IMG/VR virus record: IMGVR_UViG_3300044643_001926
Location: 5,907 to 69,906 of that record
From: a virus
Reading direction: 5' to 3' (one strand)
DNA length: 64,000 nt
This document shows, piece after piece, positions 1-9,867 of the stretch (position 1 is its first letter; each line of letters opens with the position of its first letter). Made by a program: the position numbers and the translations under genes. The notes beneath the pieces were generated by a model. The model was not told the DNA's origin. It worked only from the letters and a program-made list of their open reading frames with translations, and ran no database searches.

Positions 1-93
1 CAATGAAGTTCCCGAGATCGCGGCGGCTTATGCTGCTATATTAGACTCTGTCGCGCCAATGATGGCGTGGCTTGCCAGTAGAAACCAAACACT

Positions 94-318
94 ATGAAAT
101 TCCCTATTCCCGAAGGTATGGTTCCGCCCGATGGCGTGACCGAAGGCTCCACCTTTGACGCGCTGGCTACCCTGCGCCTCGAAGCTGACGGACTCACCTT
201 GGTCGCCGTTGACGGTCTTCCCGTTGAAGGTGCTGCCGAGGAAGCCCCCGAAGTCGAAGCCGCTGGTGAGGAGATGGGCTTCGACGAAGCCATCCGCGCC
301 GGAATGACGGAGGAATAA
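94..318 (+). CDS. small acidic phage protein
   Basis: 74-aa ORF, co-oriented and directly upstream of the tail genes. Confidence 0.6.
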   Translation: MKFPIPEGMVPPDGVTEGSTFDALATLRLEADGLTLVAVDGLPVEGAAEEAPEVEAAGEEMGFDEAIRAGMTEE

Positions 319-322
319 TCCC

Positions 323-3163
323 GTGATCGCCGATACGGAGCGTCTCATCGACGGCTTCCGCGGCCTTCCGGCGGGAATGGACGGCTCGAAGGAGCCGCCC
401 CAGACACCAAGCGAAGCCGCTTGGTATGCCACGAACGTCACGTTCCGCGGCGGGAATGGACCAAAGACCCGTCCTGGGTTTCGCGAAATCCCGCCTGACT
501 ACTGGCGCAACCCGCAGCCAGTTCGGACCGCAACGATCTCCATTGCGAGTGGTATCGCCACGGCGACCGTGACGGGTGGACATGGCTATGAAAATCTGGA
601 CAAGGTCACCATCGCCGGAGCCACTCCCGCAGGGGTCAACGGGACACAGACGATCACGGTCACCAGTTCGACTACTTTCACTTTTCCCACTGCGGCCACC
701 GGCACAGTGACCGGAACAATCACCGCGAGACGCGATATCGATTCGACCTACGCGGAAGACTTCAACAACAGCACGACCAGCCGCATCCGCTACGCGAATG
801 ACATCCTCGGGGCGATCTATGTCCAAGGTGCGACCGTCTATCAGGATCCCCGCGAAGGAAACCCCACCCAGATGATCGTGGTCGCCGACGGGAAGATCAT
901 GGCGCTGAATTTCAACGACGCCTCGGTCTACCGGCTCAATCTCAGTGATGAGGTTGCCGACGATGTCCCAGTCTATTTTTGCCAAGCCGAAAAGTTTCTC
1001 ATCATCCAAACCGGACAGGATGAGCCTCGGGTCTACGACGGCTATACCCTGCGTCGGGCCAGTTACTATGGAACCCAAGTCGTTCCGATTGGGAAACAAA
1101 TGGCTTACGGCCAGGGGCGGCTTTTTGTCGCAGTGAACGAGGGAGCCGAGATCATGGCCGGCGATCTGGTCTTTGGCGGTTCGACGACCAATGTTTCCAT
1201 CACCAGTTCCAGTGCAGCCAACCCGAGCGTCATCACCACGGCAACTGACCACGGCTTTGTCGCTGGGAACCAGATCACGATCCAAGGTCATAGCAGCACG
1301 CCGCCGATCAATTCGACCTATACCGTGGCGACCGCCCCCACCACGACTACGTTTACGATCCCTGTCGCGGTGACCAGCGCGGGGAGTGGCGGCTTTGTCA
1401 GCCGATTCAATGCGGGCCAAGACAGCGACCTTCTCCGGTTTACCGAGAACACCTTCCTCAACGAAGGCGGCAGCTTTGCCCCGACGGGGAAAGTGGGAAG
1501 AGTCACCGGGTTGGTCTTCCTCCCCGTGCAAGACACGGCGACAGGACAAGGCGACCTGATCGCGTTCTGCGAACGGGGATCAGTGACTTTCCAAGTCTCG
1601 GCTCCCCGTGACCAGTGGAAGAGTGTGCAAGGTTTCCAGCGCGTCCTTTTCGATAACATCGGTTCGACCTCGGAGAGCATTATTCCAGTCAACGGCGATT
1701 TGTTTTTCCGCAGTAAAGAAGGCAATGGGATCCGCACTTACCGCAATGCCCGCGGTGAATCTGATGGCTACGGTCAGACCCCGATCAGCGCGGAGATTGA
1801 TCCCGTGCTGAACCAAGACACGCCGTGGATGCTCGACGGCGTCAGCTTTGCCAATTTCGACAACCGTCTCTTGATGACGTGTCTCCCGCGGCAATACCCG
1901 CGCCGAGCCGACAACGACGCCCAAGCGAAGACTTACGCCGCCCAGCCCATTCCAACTTTGTTCGACGGTATTGCTGTGCTCGACTTCCAATCTTCCTCCA
2001 GCGGGCGTGGCAAAGCTGCCGCCGTCTTCGACGGAGTCTGGACCGGCCTACGCATCATCAAGCTCGCGCCGGGAACCTTTGACGGTGATCCGCGCTGTTA
2101 TGCCGTGTGTCTCCATGAGGATGCTACGGGGCGTCGGGTTGAGATCTGGCAGATAACCAAAGAGGACGAATATGACTTTCCGGTCGAAGGTCCGCGTCAA
2201 ATCGAAGCCGGCATCGTAACCAAGGCGTTCGACTTCGAGGATAACATGAGCCTCAAGAAGTTGATCCGCTGCGACCTTTGGTTTGACGATCTCGGCGGAG
2301 GTAACGATTTTCCGTTTGAGTGCGAACTCGCTTACCGGCCCGACGACTACCCGAACTTCACCACATGGCAGCGGTTCGAGCGGAGGTTTGCCACGGATTT
2401 TCTGTTGCAGGATAAGAACCTTTTGGCCTTCACCGAAGCGATCGATGACGCCTCGTGGGTCAAAACACGGGTGGGGGTTGTGGCGAACTCGACAACGGAC
2501 CCCCTTCAACAGCAGACGACCGTGGATCTTCTCCAAGAAGACACGGCATCTGGAACTCATCAAACATACCGCACTAGCCCCACGCTCGTGTCTGGGTCGT
2601 CTTACACATTTTCTGTATACGTGAAAGCCGTGGGGAGAAGCCGAGTTTATTTGCAGTTCCCGACAACGGGGTCTGCGTTTTCTGCGGCCCAGACTGCACA
2701 CTTTTTGCTGAGTGAAGGGGGCAGCATTACCAGTCTCTCGGCAACGGCAACCGCGATCATCACATCGTTGCCGGATGGTTGGTATCGGGTCTCCATCACT
2801 TCCACCACTACTGGCGCGGGCACCGTGCGAGCCGTAATAGGGCTCGTAGTATCTGGAACCACCAGCAGTTATGTGGGGGACGGAACTTCAGGTATCTATG
2901 TCTGGGGGGCCCAATTAGAGCAAAACGATGCCCCCACCTCTTACGACCCCGATCCTCCGCAGTTGCTTAACTACGAGCGCGGCTACGCGCCTCAAGTAAG
3001 ATTTCCCGCCCCACCTAGGACAGCCAATCTGGCAACCGACGTGCCCGCCTACTTGGGCCATGACTTCACGCTGCGCGTCAACTGGACCGGCCGCGCCCAC
3101 CTCGGACGGCTCATGCTGCACGGGCACAAGCTGGTGGAAAATGTGGGAGGAGGAACCTTGTGA
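323..3163 (+). CDS. putative tail nozzle / DNA-stabilization protein (tail tubular protein B-like) with inserted beta-rich domains
   Basis: 946 aa; N-terminal 'ATNVTFRGG..KTRPG' is typical of podovirus nozzle proteins; Thr-rich 'ITTATDHGF..G..ITI.G' modules; inserted '..SGIYVWGAQLE' domain. Confidence 0.6.
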   Translation: MIADTERLIDGFRGLPAGMDGSKEPPQTPSEAAWYATNVTFRGGNGPKTRPGFREIPPDYWRNPQPVRTATISIASGIATATVTGGHGYENLDKVTIAGATPAGVNGTQTITVTSSTTFTFPTAATGTVTGTITARRDIDSTYAEDFNNSTTSRIRYANDILGAIYVQGATVYQDPREGNPTQMIVVADGKIMALNFNDASVYRLNLSDEVADDVPVYFCQAEKFLIIQTGQDEPRVYDGYTLRRASYYGTQVVPIGKQMAYGQGRLFVAVNEGAEIMAGDLVFGGSTTNVSITSSSAANPSVITTATDHGFVAGNQITIQGHSSTPPINSTYTVATAPTTTTFTIPVAVTSAGSGGFVSRFNAGQDSDLLRFTENTFLNEGGSFAPTGKVGRVTGLVFLPVQDTATGQGDLIAFCERGSVTFQVSAPRDQWKSVQGFQRVLFDNIGSTSESIIPVNGDLFFRSKEGNGIRTYRNARGESDGYGQTPISAEIDPVLNQDTPWMLDGVSFANFDNRLLMTCLPRQYPRRADNDAQAKTYAAQPIPTLFDGIAVLDFQSSSSGRGKAAAVFDGVWTGLRIIKLAPGTFDGDPRCYAVCLHEDATGRRVEIWQITKEDEYDFPVEGPRQIEAGIVTKAFDFEDNMSLKKLIRCDLWFDDLGGGNDFPFECELAYRPDDYPNFTTWQRFERRFATDFLLQDKNLLAFTEAIDDASWVKTRVGVVANSTTDPLQQQTTVDLLQEDTASGTHQTYRTSPTLVSGSSYTFSVYVKAVGRSRVYLQFPTTGSAFSAAQTAHFLLSEGGSITSLSATATAIITSLPDGWYRVSITSTTTGAGTVRAVIGLVVSGTTSSYVGDGTSGIYVWGAQLEQNDAPTSYDPDPPQLLNYERGYAPQVRFPAPPRTANLATDVPAYLGHDFTLRVNWTGRAHLGRLMLHGHKLVENVGGGTL

Positions 3164-3540
3164 GCGCGACACTGAAAGAGATCTACAATATCGACACCTC
3201 CATCGAGCCGGAGATGGATTCGTGGTCGAGTCTTCCTGATGGATTTCGGCTTCAGTTGGGGCTCGCTCGCCGAACTTCCTCGGTGGTGGGCAACGGAACC
3301 ACGACGACTGTGACGACGACAGCCGCCCACGGCTTTTCGGCCAGCAGTTCGGTCATCATTGCCGGAGTCACTCCTTCTGGGTTCAACGGCACCTATACGA
3401 TTGCTTCCACCCCGACCACCACGACTTTCACCTACGCCAACGCGACCAACGCCACGGCAACCGTCCAAGGCACCGCCGAACTTAGTATCCCCCGGTTTTT
3501 ACTCTTGGACGACCTCGGCAACGAGTTGCTCATTCAGTAA
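3160..3540 (+). CDS. virion-associated protein with Thr-rich 'TTAAHGF..V.IAG..GFNGTYTI' module
   Basis: Same module as in 323..3163; GTGA overlap with the upstream stop. Confidence 0.6.
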   Translation: MSATLKEIYNIDTSIEPEMDSWSSLPDGFRLQLGLARRTSSVVGNGTTTTVTTTAAHGFSASSSVIIAGVTPSGFNGTYTIASTPTTTTFTYANATNATATVQGTAELSIPRFLLLDDLGNELLIQ

Positions 3541-3559
3541 TAACCGCATATCTTAGCAC

Positions 3560-5320
3560 ATGGCCACAGCTTATACATCTGACCGGAAGATTGGGGCGCT
3601 AGAGAGCGCCTCGACGCCTCTGGCCGCGGCCAATGAATTGGTCATCAACCAGAACGGCGACACGTTGAAAACGCCGTTGAGCGCGATCGAAGCCAAAGTT
3701 TTCGACGCGAAGACTGCCGTTACTGCCCCGACCGGAACTGAAGTCGTGGTCGTCCGTCGGACTGACGACACCTTGCGTCAAGTCGCCTTGGCCGACATTA
3801 TCCCGGCGCTAAATATCACCGACGCGAAAGTCAGCGCCTCGGCGGCGATCGTCGATACCAAGCTGGCCACGATTGCCACGGCGGGAAAGGTGGCCAATTC
3901 CGCGACTACCGCGACGAGTGCCAACACCGCCAACGCTATCGTGGCACGGGATGGAAGTGGGAATTTCTCAGCAGGAACCATCACCGCGACTTTGGCTGGC
4001 AGCGCGACGGGTAATGCCGCCACCGCGACCGCCCTGCAAACGGCCCGCACCATTGCGATTAGCGGCGACGTGACCGGAACGGCGACCTCGTTCAATGGAT
4101 CGGCCAACATCTCAATCGCCGCAGCGATTACTGCCGATACGGTCGTCAACGCCGACATCAACTCGGCCGCAGCGATTGCCCACACCAAGCTGGCCAATAT
4201 CACAGCGGGCCAGGTGCTTTTGGGTAATGCGAGCAACGTCCCCACGGCCACCGCTCTAAGTGGCGACGTGACGGTGAACAGTTCCGGTGTCACTGCCATC
4301 GGCTCCGGCGTCGTTGTGGATGCCGACGTGAACGCAGCGGCCGCGATTGGTTTGAGTAAGCTCGCCACGGGGGCACTGCCTACGGGAATTACTGTTGCTT
4401 CGGCGAATATCGTGGACGGCACCATCGTCAATGCCGACATCAACGCAGCGGCAGCGATCGATCTTAGTAAGTTAGCAGCCGGAGCCCTCCCGTCAGCGAT
4501 CACTGTTGCATCTACTAACTTAGTGGACGGCACAATCGTCAACGCGGACATCAACGCCTCGGCCGCGATTGCGGATACAAAGCTGGCCACCATCTCGACA
4601 GCCGGAAAAGTTTCTAACTCCGCGACCACCGCAACGAATGCCAACACGGCCAACGCCATCGTGGCTCGTGATGCCAGTGGCAATTTTTCGGCCGGAACGA
4701 TTACAGCAAATGTAGCAGGTAATCTTACCGGAAACGTCACAGGAAATGTGACCGGAAATCTTTCTGGGACAGCCAGTGCCATCGCAGACGGCACAGTAAG
4801 CACAAATAAAATTGTCGATGGGGCTGTGACGGCGGGTAAACTTGCAGCCGGTGCGGCTATCCCAGCAGGCGCAGTTATGCCTTTTGCGATGAATAGTGCT
4901 CCGAGTGGCTGGTTGGCAGCAGACGGCTCCGCAGTATCGCGCACGACCTATTCAGCACTCTGGACGGCCCTTGGAACTACATCCAGCCCCTACGGGCAGG
5001 GAGATGGGTCAACTACCTTCAATCTTCCCGACCTGCGCGGCTACTTCGTGCGCGGCAGCGGGACGAACAGCGACGGCACCGCATCTGGGGCGTTTGGCGC
5101 GAAACAAGCCGACGCATTGAAGAGCCACACTCACCCGTATTCGGACTATTATGAAAGATCAGCCGTGTCGTATGCGAACGGTCTTGATGGTTCAGCAACA
5201 AGGTTGGGGGTAAACGGGTTTAGTAATACTGGCCTAAGCACCCCGAGAACAACGAGCGCGACAGGAGACACTGAAACCCGACCCAAGAACATTGCGATGC
5301 TTTACTGCATCAAATTCTAA
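3560..5320 (+). CDS. tail fibre protein with C-terminal phage tail collar domain
   Basis: Ala/Thr-rich repeats (NADINAAAAI..KLA); 'IPAGAVMPFA..APSGWL..DGSAVSRTTYSALW..FNLPDLRGYFVRG..ETRPKNIAMLYCIK' collar signature. Confidence 0.9.
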   Translation: MATAYTSDRKIGALESASTPLAAANELVINQNGDTLKTPLSAIEAKVFDAKTAVTAPTGTEVVVVRRTDDTLRQVALADIIPALNITDAKVSASAAIVDTKLATIATAGKVANSATTATSANTANAIVARDGSGNFSAGTITATLAGSATGNAATATALQTARTIAISGDVTGTATSFNGSANISIAAAITADTVVNADINSAAAIAHTKLANITAGQVLLGNASNVPTATALSGDVTVNSSGVTAIGSGVVVDADVNAAAAIGLSKLATGALPTGITVASANIVDGTIVNADINAAAAIDLSKLAAGALPSAITVASTNLVDGTIVNADINASAAIADTKLATISTAGKVSNSATTATNANTANAIVARDASGNFSAGTITANVAGNLTGNVTGNVTGNLSGTASAIADGTVSTNKIVDGAVTAGKLAAGAAIPAGAVMPFAMNSAPSGWLAADGSAVSRTTYSALWTALGTTSSPYGQGDGSTTFNLPDLRGYFVRGSGTNSDGTASGAFGAKQADALKSHTHPYSDYYERSAVSYANGLDGSATRLGVNGFSNTGLSTPRTTSATGDTETRPKNIAMLYCIKF

Positions 5321-5326
5321 AAGTTT

Positions 5327-5743
5327 ATGGCACTAATCCCAGGAACACTTCCCACAGGAACCAAGTATCCCAACGACCCGCAGTCGTTGCTGGATACTTT
5401 TGCGTCCTATCTCACGGCACCAGAAGCCAAGAAGAATCGGCCGACAGTGTCGGTTTACACTCCCGCTGCGGGCGCAAGCATCTCGGCCAGTGCCAATGGG
5501 CTGGATGAGACGGTGTTCCTCGACCATGTCAGCACGATTGCGACGATGACGTTTGTCTTCCCGACCAACTCGAATAGCGTGACGGGGCAGACCTTGAGGA
5601 TCTTTTCCCGCAGTATCGTCACCACGCTGACGGTATCTTCGACAGGGCTCACTCTGCATGGAGCCGCCTTGTCCACGCTTGCGGCCAATGGCACTGCGGC
5701 ATGGCAAAAAGTCGCGGCGAACACTTGGATTAGGATCCAGTAA
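5327..5743 (+). CDS. hypothetical virion protein
   Basis: 138-aa ORF in the tail operon; TAATG coupling to the next gene. Confidence 0.6.
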   Translation: MALIPGTLPTGTKYPNDPQSLLDTFASYLTAPEAKKNRPTVSVYTPAAGASISASANGLDETVFLDHVSTIATMTFVFPTNSNSVTGQTLRIFSRSIVTTLTVSSTGLTLHGAALSTLAANGTAAWQKVAANTWIRIQ

Positions 5744-8700
5744 TGGCGACCTACCTCGAAGCGCGTAATCTCCTCGCACCCTACGTCGACAATGGCGTGG
5801 CGGTGACTGACACCACGCGCATCGACCAGAGGATCGATGAGGCCCAGCGGCGGCTGATCGACCACTACAACTTCCTCTCCCGCCGTGAAGAGAGTGCCCG
5901 CACGCCACTGGTCTGGCAAACGGGCGGCACGACGGGTGTTGCGACTACAGGTAACCTCATCCTCGACAATCTCGATGCGACCAAGAACATGATCCTTGCG
6001 ATCTGGCGCGAGGAGAATAATCAGCTTGAGTTGTCTCAGGGGCTTGAGACCAAGGCGTATTCCTACATCGAGCGCAATATCGTGAACGATGTGGAACGCG
6101 AGCGCCGGACAGCGTTTGAGGCTCTGGCGACAGCGAGCAACCAGAACACGTTCGGCGGTCTGGCCGGACGAGTCGGTCTGGAAACAGTGGCTCAATACCG
6201 GGTGCCGGAAAGTCGCATCAAGAGCTTCATCAATCAGGCTTACCAGCAAGCGGTCGACCACTACAATTTCGTCAGCCGGCGCGAAGACAAGTCGCGCACT
6301 CCGATCACCTTTGCCGCACTGACCTCCAACGCCACGACGTTCGATCCGTTGATTCCCATCGAAGTGGTGAGGCTTTTGACCTTGGCCTTGATCGTGACCG
6401 ACTCGGGTGGTGATGGCGGCGGTCTGAAGTCGCAAGCCTTGGAGTTGATCGATCGCAATGTGACGGCTTTGGTTGAGCAGACCCGGCGTGATGCTGCGGG
6501 GGAAGAAGGTCGTCTGCACAACGAATTGGTCGAGGGGGTCAAAGTGCCCACGACTCGGATGACGACTTATCTTGCCCAAGCGGCGACTGACGCCGGAGCG
6601 CACTGGGACTTTCTGGCCCGGCGCGAGGATTATTCTTCGGGGACTAAGCCCAATCCGTTTTCTTTTGAAGTAAGGAAAAAGCTGGTCGAGTCGTATATCG
6701 CCACGGCCAATGGCGCTCCCGATATTGCCACTTCGCTCAAACAAGAAGCCTTTTCGCTGATCGAGCGTGACTTGATGGATGATGTCGAGACTGTTCGACG
6801 GGCTCTGACAAACGAGGAGGGACGGCTCCACAACGAACTTCCCGAAGGCGTCAAAATTGCTACGGGTCGGCTGACGACCTATCTCACCCAAGCGGCGACC
6901 GAAGCTGGGGCCCATTGGGACTTCCTCGCCCGCAGGGAAGATTACTCCTCGGGAACCAAGCCCAATACGTTTTCTTTTGAAGTCCGCAAGAAGCTCGTCG
7001 AGTCCTATATCGCGACAGCGAATGCGGCACCTGATGTCGCAGCGTCTCTCAAACAGGAAGCCCTGTCGGTCGTTGAACGCGACCTGATGGCCCAAGTCGA
7101 AGCGGCCCGGAGGGCTGCGGCTGGAGAAGCGGGGCAGCTTCACAATGAACTCCCTGAAGGTGTGCGCGTCTCGACGACCCGCATGAATACCTACCTCGCC
7201 CAAGCGGCCACGGAAGCGGGGGTTCATTACGACTTTCTTGCCCGCCGAGAAGACTATGCGGGTGGAACCAAACCGAATCCTTTCCCTTACGAAGTGCGCA
7301 AGAAGCTGGTCGAGTCTTACCTCGCCACGGCCAATGCCGCTCCGGACGTGGCAGCGTCAATCAAGCAGGAAGCCTTTGCCATTATCGAGCGTGACTTGAT
7401 GCAGAACGTCGAAGCGGTGCGCCGGGTGATTGCTGGAACCGAAGGCAAGCTCCACAACGAACTTCCCGATGGCGTGAAGATACCGACGGCACGGTTGACG
7501 ACTTATCTCACTCAAGCGGCGACCGAGGCCGGAGCACATTACGATTTTCTGGCTCGCCGCGAGGATTATTCGAGCGGAACCAAACCGAATCCTTTCCCTT
7601 ACGAAGTGCTCAAGCCCTTGGTTGAAGGCTACATTGCAACTCTGCGTGGTGCTGTCGATGTGGCTGCGGCCAAGAAACAAGAAGCCTCGGCCATCATCGA
7701 ACGCGATCTCATGGAAGAAGTTGAGGCGGCACGACGTGCCGCAGCGGGTGAAGAGGGTCAACTTCACAATGAACTTCCCGAGGGCGTCCGCATTGCCACC
7801 AACAGGCTCACAACTTACCTTGCCCAAGCGGCAACCGAAGCGGGTGTCCATTGGGACTTCTTGGCCCGTCGTGAGGACTATTCCTCTGGAGTAAAGCCGA
7901 ATCCTTTCCCCTATGAGACCCGCAAGAAAATGGTCGAGTCGTATATCGCCACGGCCAATGCGGCACCTGATGTCGCAGCGTCTCTCAAACAAGAGGCGTT
8001 TGCGACGATCGAGCGTGACTTGATGACTGGGGTTGAAGCCGCCCGCCGTGCTACGGCCGGAGAAGCGGGGCGCTTGCATAATGAACTGCCCGAGGGTGTG
8101 CGGATCGCGACGAGCCGGATGACGGAATATCTAAGCCAAGCTGCCGCCGAGGCTGGCGCTCACTGGGACTTCTTGGCCCGTCGTGAGAACTATTCGAGCG
8201 GAACCAAACCGAATCCTTTTACCTATGAAGTGCGCAAAAAGTTCGTGGAGTCCTATATCGCGACCGGGGCTGGTCAAATCGAAGCCGCGTCGGCGCTCAA
8301 AGCCGAAGGCCAAGCGTTAATCGAGCGTGACCTGATGGCTCAAGTCGAAGCGGCCCGTCGGGCTGCGGTCGGCGACGAGGGCAAGCTGCACAATGAACTA
8401 CCCAACGGGGTCACGATCCCAACCGATCGTTTGACGACTTACTTGTCCCAGGCTTCGACTGAAATCGGGGCGCAGCAAGACTTCCTCCAACGCCGCGAGG
8501 ATTACAACGGCCCCGCGCCGACTCCGACCTACGAGCAGAAGAAGCTCATGGTCGAAAGTTATCTGTCCACCTCGGCTGGTCAGCCGGAAGTAGCGACCGC
8601 GCTCAAGCAGCAAGCCCTGGCCCTGATTGAGCGTGACGTGATGGCCGCGATCGAAGCGGCTCGTCGCTCGACCCGTCAGGCGTTGCTGGCTTCGGCCAAT

Positions 8701-9333
8701 GATACCTTCGGCTACCACTGGGGCCGGATCGGGCTGGAACTGCCCGAGGCTTACCGACTTTCGGACTCCGCCGTGAAGCGCATGGTCAACGCGGCCGAAG
8801 AGCAACTGATGTTTGCAGGCAAATGGGTCGGCACCGTGGCCGAGTATACGCTTTCAGTGAATGCGACGGGCGAGTTCTTCTTACCCCAAGAGGTCGAGAC
8901 GATCCTCTACATGTCTTTCGACGGCGACCCCAAGCCCGTGCATGATCGACTCAACGAGTGGATTCGTGGCGGCACCGGCTACCGCGAGACTGATGACAGT
9001 TGGCGTGAAGGCGCGGTCGACCGTGGCGAGGGCGTCGATCCGACGGACAATCTTCTCAAGCGTAAATACTGGATCACCCTGCCCAACGTGGTTCCCGTGG
9101 TCAGGATCTTGGCCAAACGCCGCTTCGTCCCCCATACCGCCGACGCGGACGCGATGTATCTTCGCAACTACCAAGCGATCTACGAGGCGACCAAGGGGAT
9201 TCTCCTGGGCGGCGAGCAAATCACTCCTCACATCGAGAAGGCCAAGGAGATGCTGGCCAGCCAGATCGCCCAACAAAACTTTACCGGAAACCGCGGAGCC
9301 GCCCACACCCGTCGCGTTTACCAGTTTCGGTGA
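5743..9333 (+). CDS. putative head-tail adaptor (tail tubular protein A-like) with tandem 104-aa repeats
   Basis: 1196 aa; helical 'IDEAQRRL' N-terminus and 'VNAAEEQL..GKW..FFLPQEVETI' C-terminus; 7 internal repeats. Confidence 0.5.
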   Translation: MATYLEARNLLAPYVDNGVAVTDTTRIDQRIDEAQRRLIDHYNFLSRREESARTPLVWQTGGTTGVATTGNLILDNLDATKNMILAIWREENNQLELSQGLETKAYSYIERNIVNDVERERRTAFEALATASNQNTFGGLAGRVGLETVAQYRVPESRIKSFINQAYQQAVDHYNFVSRREDKSRTPITFAALTSNATTFDPLIPIEVVRLLTLALIVTDSGGDGGGLKSQALELIDRNVTALVEQTRRDAAGEEGRLHNELVEGVKVPTTRMTTYLAQAATDAGAHWDFLARREDYSSGTKPNPFSFEVRKKLVESYIATANGAPDIATSLKQEAFSLIERDLMDDVETVRRALTNEEGRLHNELPEGVKIATGRLTTYLTQAATEAGAHWDFLARREDYSSGTKPNTFSFEVRKKLVESYIATANAAPDVAASLKQEALSVVERDLMAQVEAARRAAAGEAGQLHNELPEGVRVSTTRMNTYLAQAATEAGVHYDFLARREDYAGGTKPNPFPYEVRKKLVESYLATANAAPDVAASIKQEAFAIIERDLMQNVEAVRRVIAGTEGKLHNELPDGVKIPTARLTTYLTQAATEAGAHYDFLARREDYSSGTKPNPFPYEVLKPLVEGYIATLRGAVDVAAAKKQEASAIIERDLMEEVEAARRAAAGEEGQLHNELPEGVRIATNRLTTYLAQAATEAGVHWDFLARREDYSSGVKPNPFPYETRKKMVESYIATANAAPDVAASLKQEAFATIERDLMTGVEAARRATAGEAGRLHNELPEGVRIATSRMTEYLSQAAAEAGAHWDFLARRENYSSGTKPNPFTYEVRKKFVESYIATGAGQIEAASALKAEGQALIERDLMAQVEAARRAAVGDEGKLHNELPNGVTIPTDRLTTYLSQASTEIGAQQDFLQRREDYNGPAPTPTYEQKKLMVESYLSTSAGQPEVATALKQQALALIERDVMAAIEAARRSTRQALLASANDTFGYHWGRIGLELPEAYRLSDSAVKRMVNAAEEQLMFAGKWVGTVAEYTLSVNATGEFFLPQEVETILYMSFDGDPKPVHDRLNEWIRGGTGYRETDDSWREGAVDRGEGVDPTDNLLKRKYWITLPNVVPVVRILAKRRFVPHTADADAMYLRNYQAIYEATKGILLGGEQITPHIEKAKEMLASQIAQQNFTGNRGAAHTRRVYQFR
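6502..8670 (+). repeat. 7 x 312-bp in-frame coding tandem repeat
   Basis: HNE codons start at 6517, 6829, 7141, 7453, 7765, 8077 and 8389 (exact 312-bp period). Confidence 0.95.
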
Positions 9334-9351
9334 TATAGTAATAACCGCATA

Positions 9352-9867
9352 ATGACCGCTGAACTAGACTTTCCAGAACTTAAAGATCTGTCGCCGGAGG
9401 AGTTTGAAGCCAAGGCGAATGAAATCGTTGACGATATCGAAGAAGCCATTGCCCGTCGGCTTGTCTTAGTCGATCTGCCAGTGACCCACCGCTTTACGCC
9501 CGGCCTATATATTCGCGAGATCCACATGCCGGCAGGAGTTGTTCTGACCAGCCGGACTCATAAATACGAGCACCCCTTTGTCATCTCCAAGGGCGTGGTT
9601 TCCGTTTGGTCCCTCGACGAGGGCGCTGTGACTTATCGTGCACCGCACACCGGAATAACCAAACCTGGAACTCGGCGGGTCCTCCTTATCCATGAGGACA
9701 CTGTCTGGACGACTTTTCATGCTAACGAAGGTGACGCGCAAGATCCTGACGAGATTGTTTATCGTGTGACGGAGCAGCATGAAAATCCCCGAATGGTGGA
9801 GGCGCTGAGTTGCCGTCCGGAAAATGAAAGATTGCTGCTCAATCAAAGACAGGAGGCATTCGTATGA
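9352..9867 (+). CDS. cupin-fold phage protein
   Basis: 'HRFTPGLYIREIHMPAG..HKYEH..G..R....EDTVWTTFH' cupin-like His pattern. Confidence 0.7.
   Translation: MTAELDFPELKDLSPEEFEAKANEIVDDIEEAIARRLVLVDLPVTHRFTPGLYIREIHMPAGVVLTSRTHKYEHPFVISKGVVSVWSLDEGAVTYRAPHTGITKPGTRRVLLIHEDTVWTTFHANEGDAQDPDEIVYRVTEQHENPRMVEALSCRPENERLLLNQRQEAFV

Noticed and set aside
3560-5320. Diversity-generating retroelement targeting the tail fibre
   Set aside because: There is no reverse transcriptase and no adenine-specific TR/VR pair. The internal duplications are ordinary fibre repeats.
5455-8079. Long antisense ORFs (590 aa, 240 aa) and similar shadows such as 194..1549 and 3778..4944
   Set aside because: These are reverse-frame shadows of GC-rich, repetitive coding genes, with no independent protein features.
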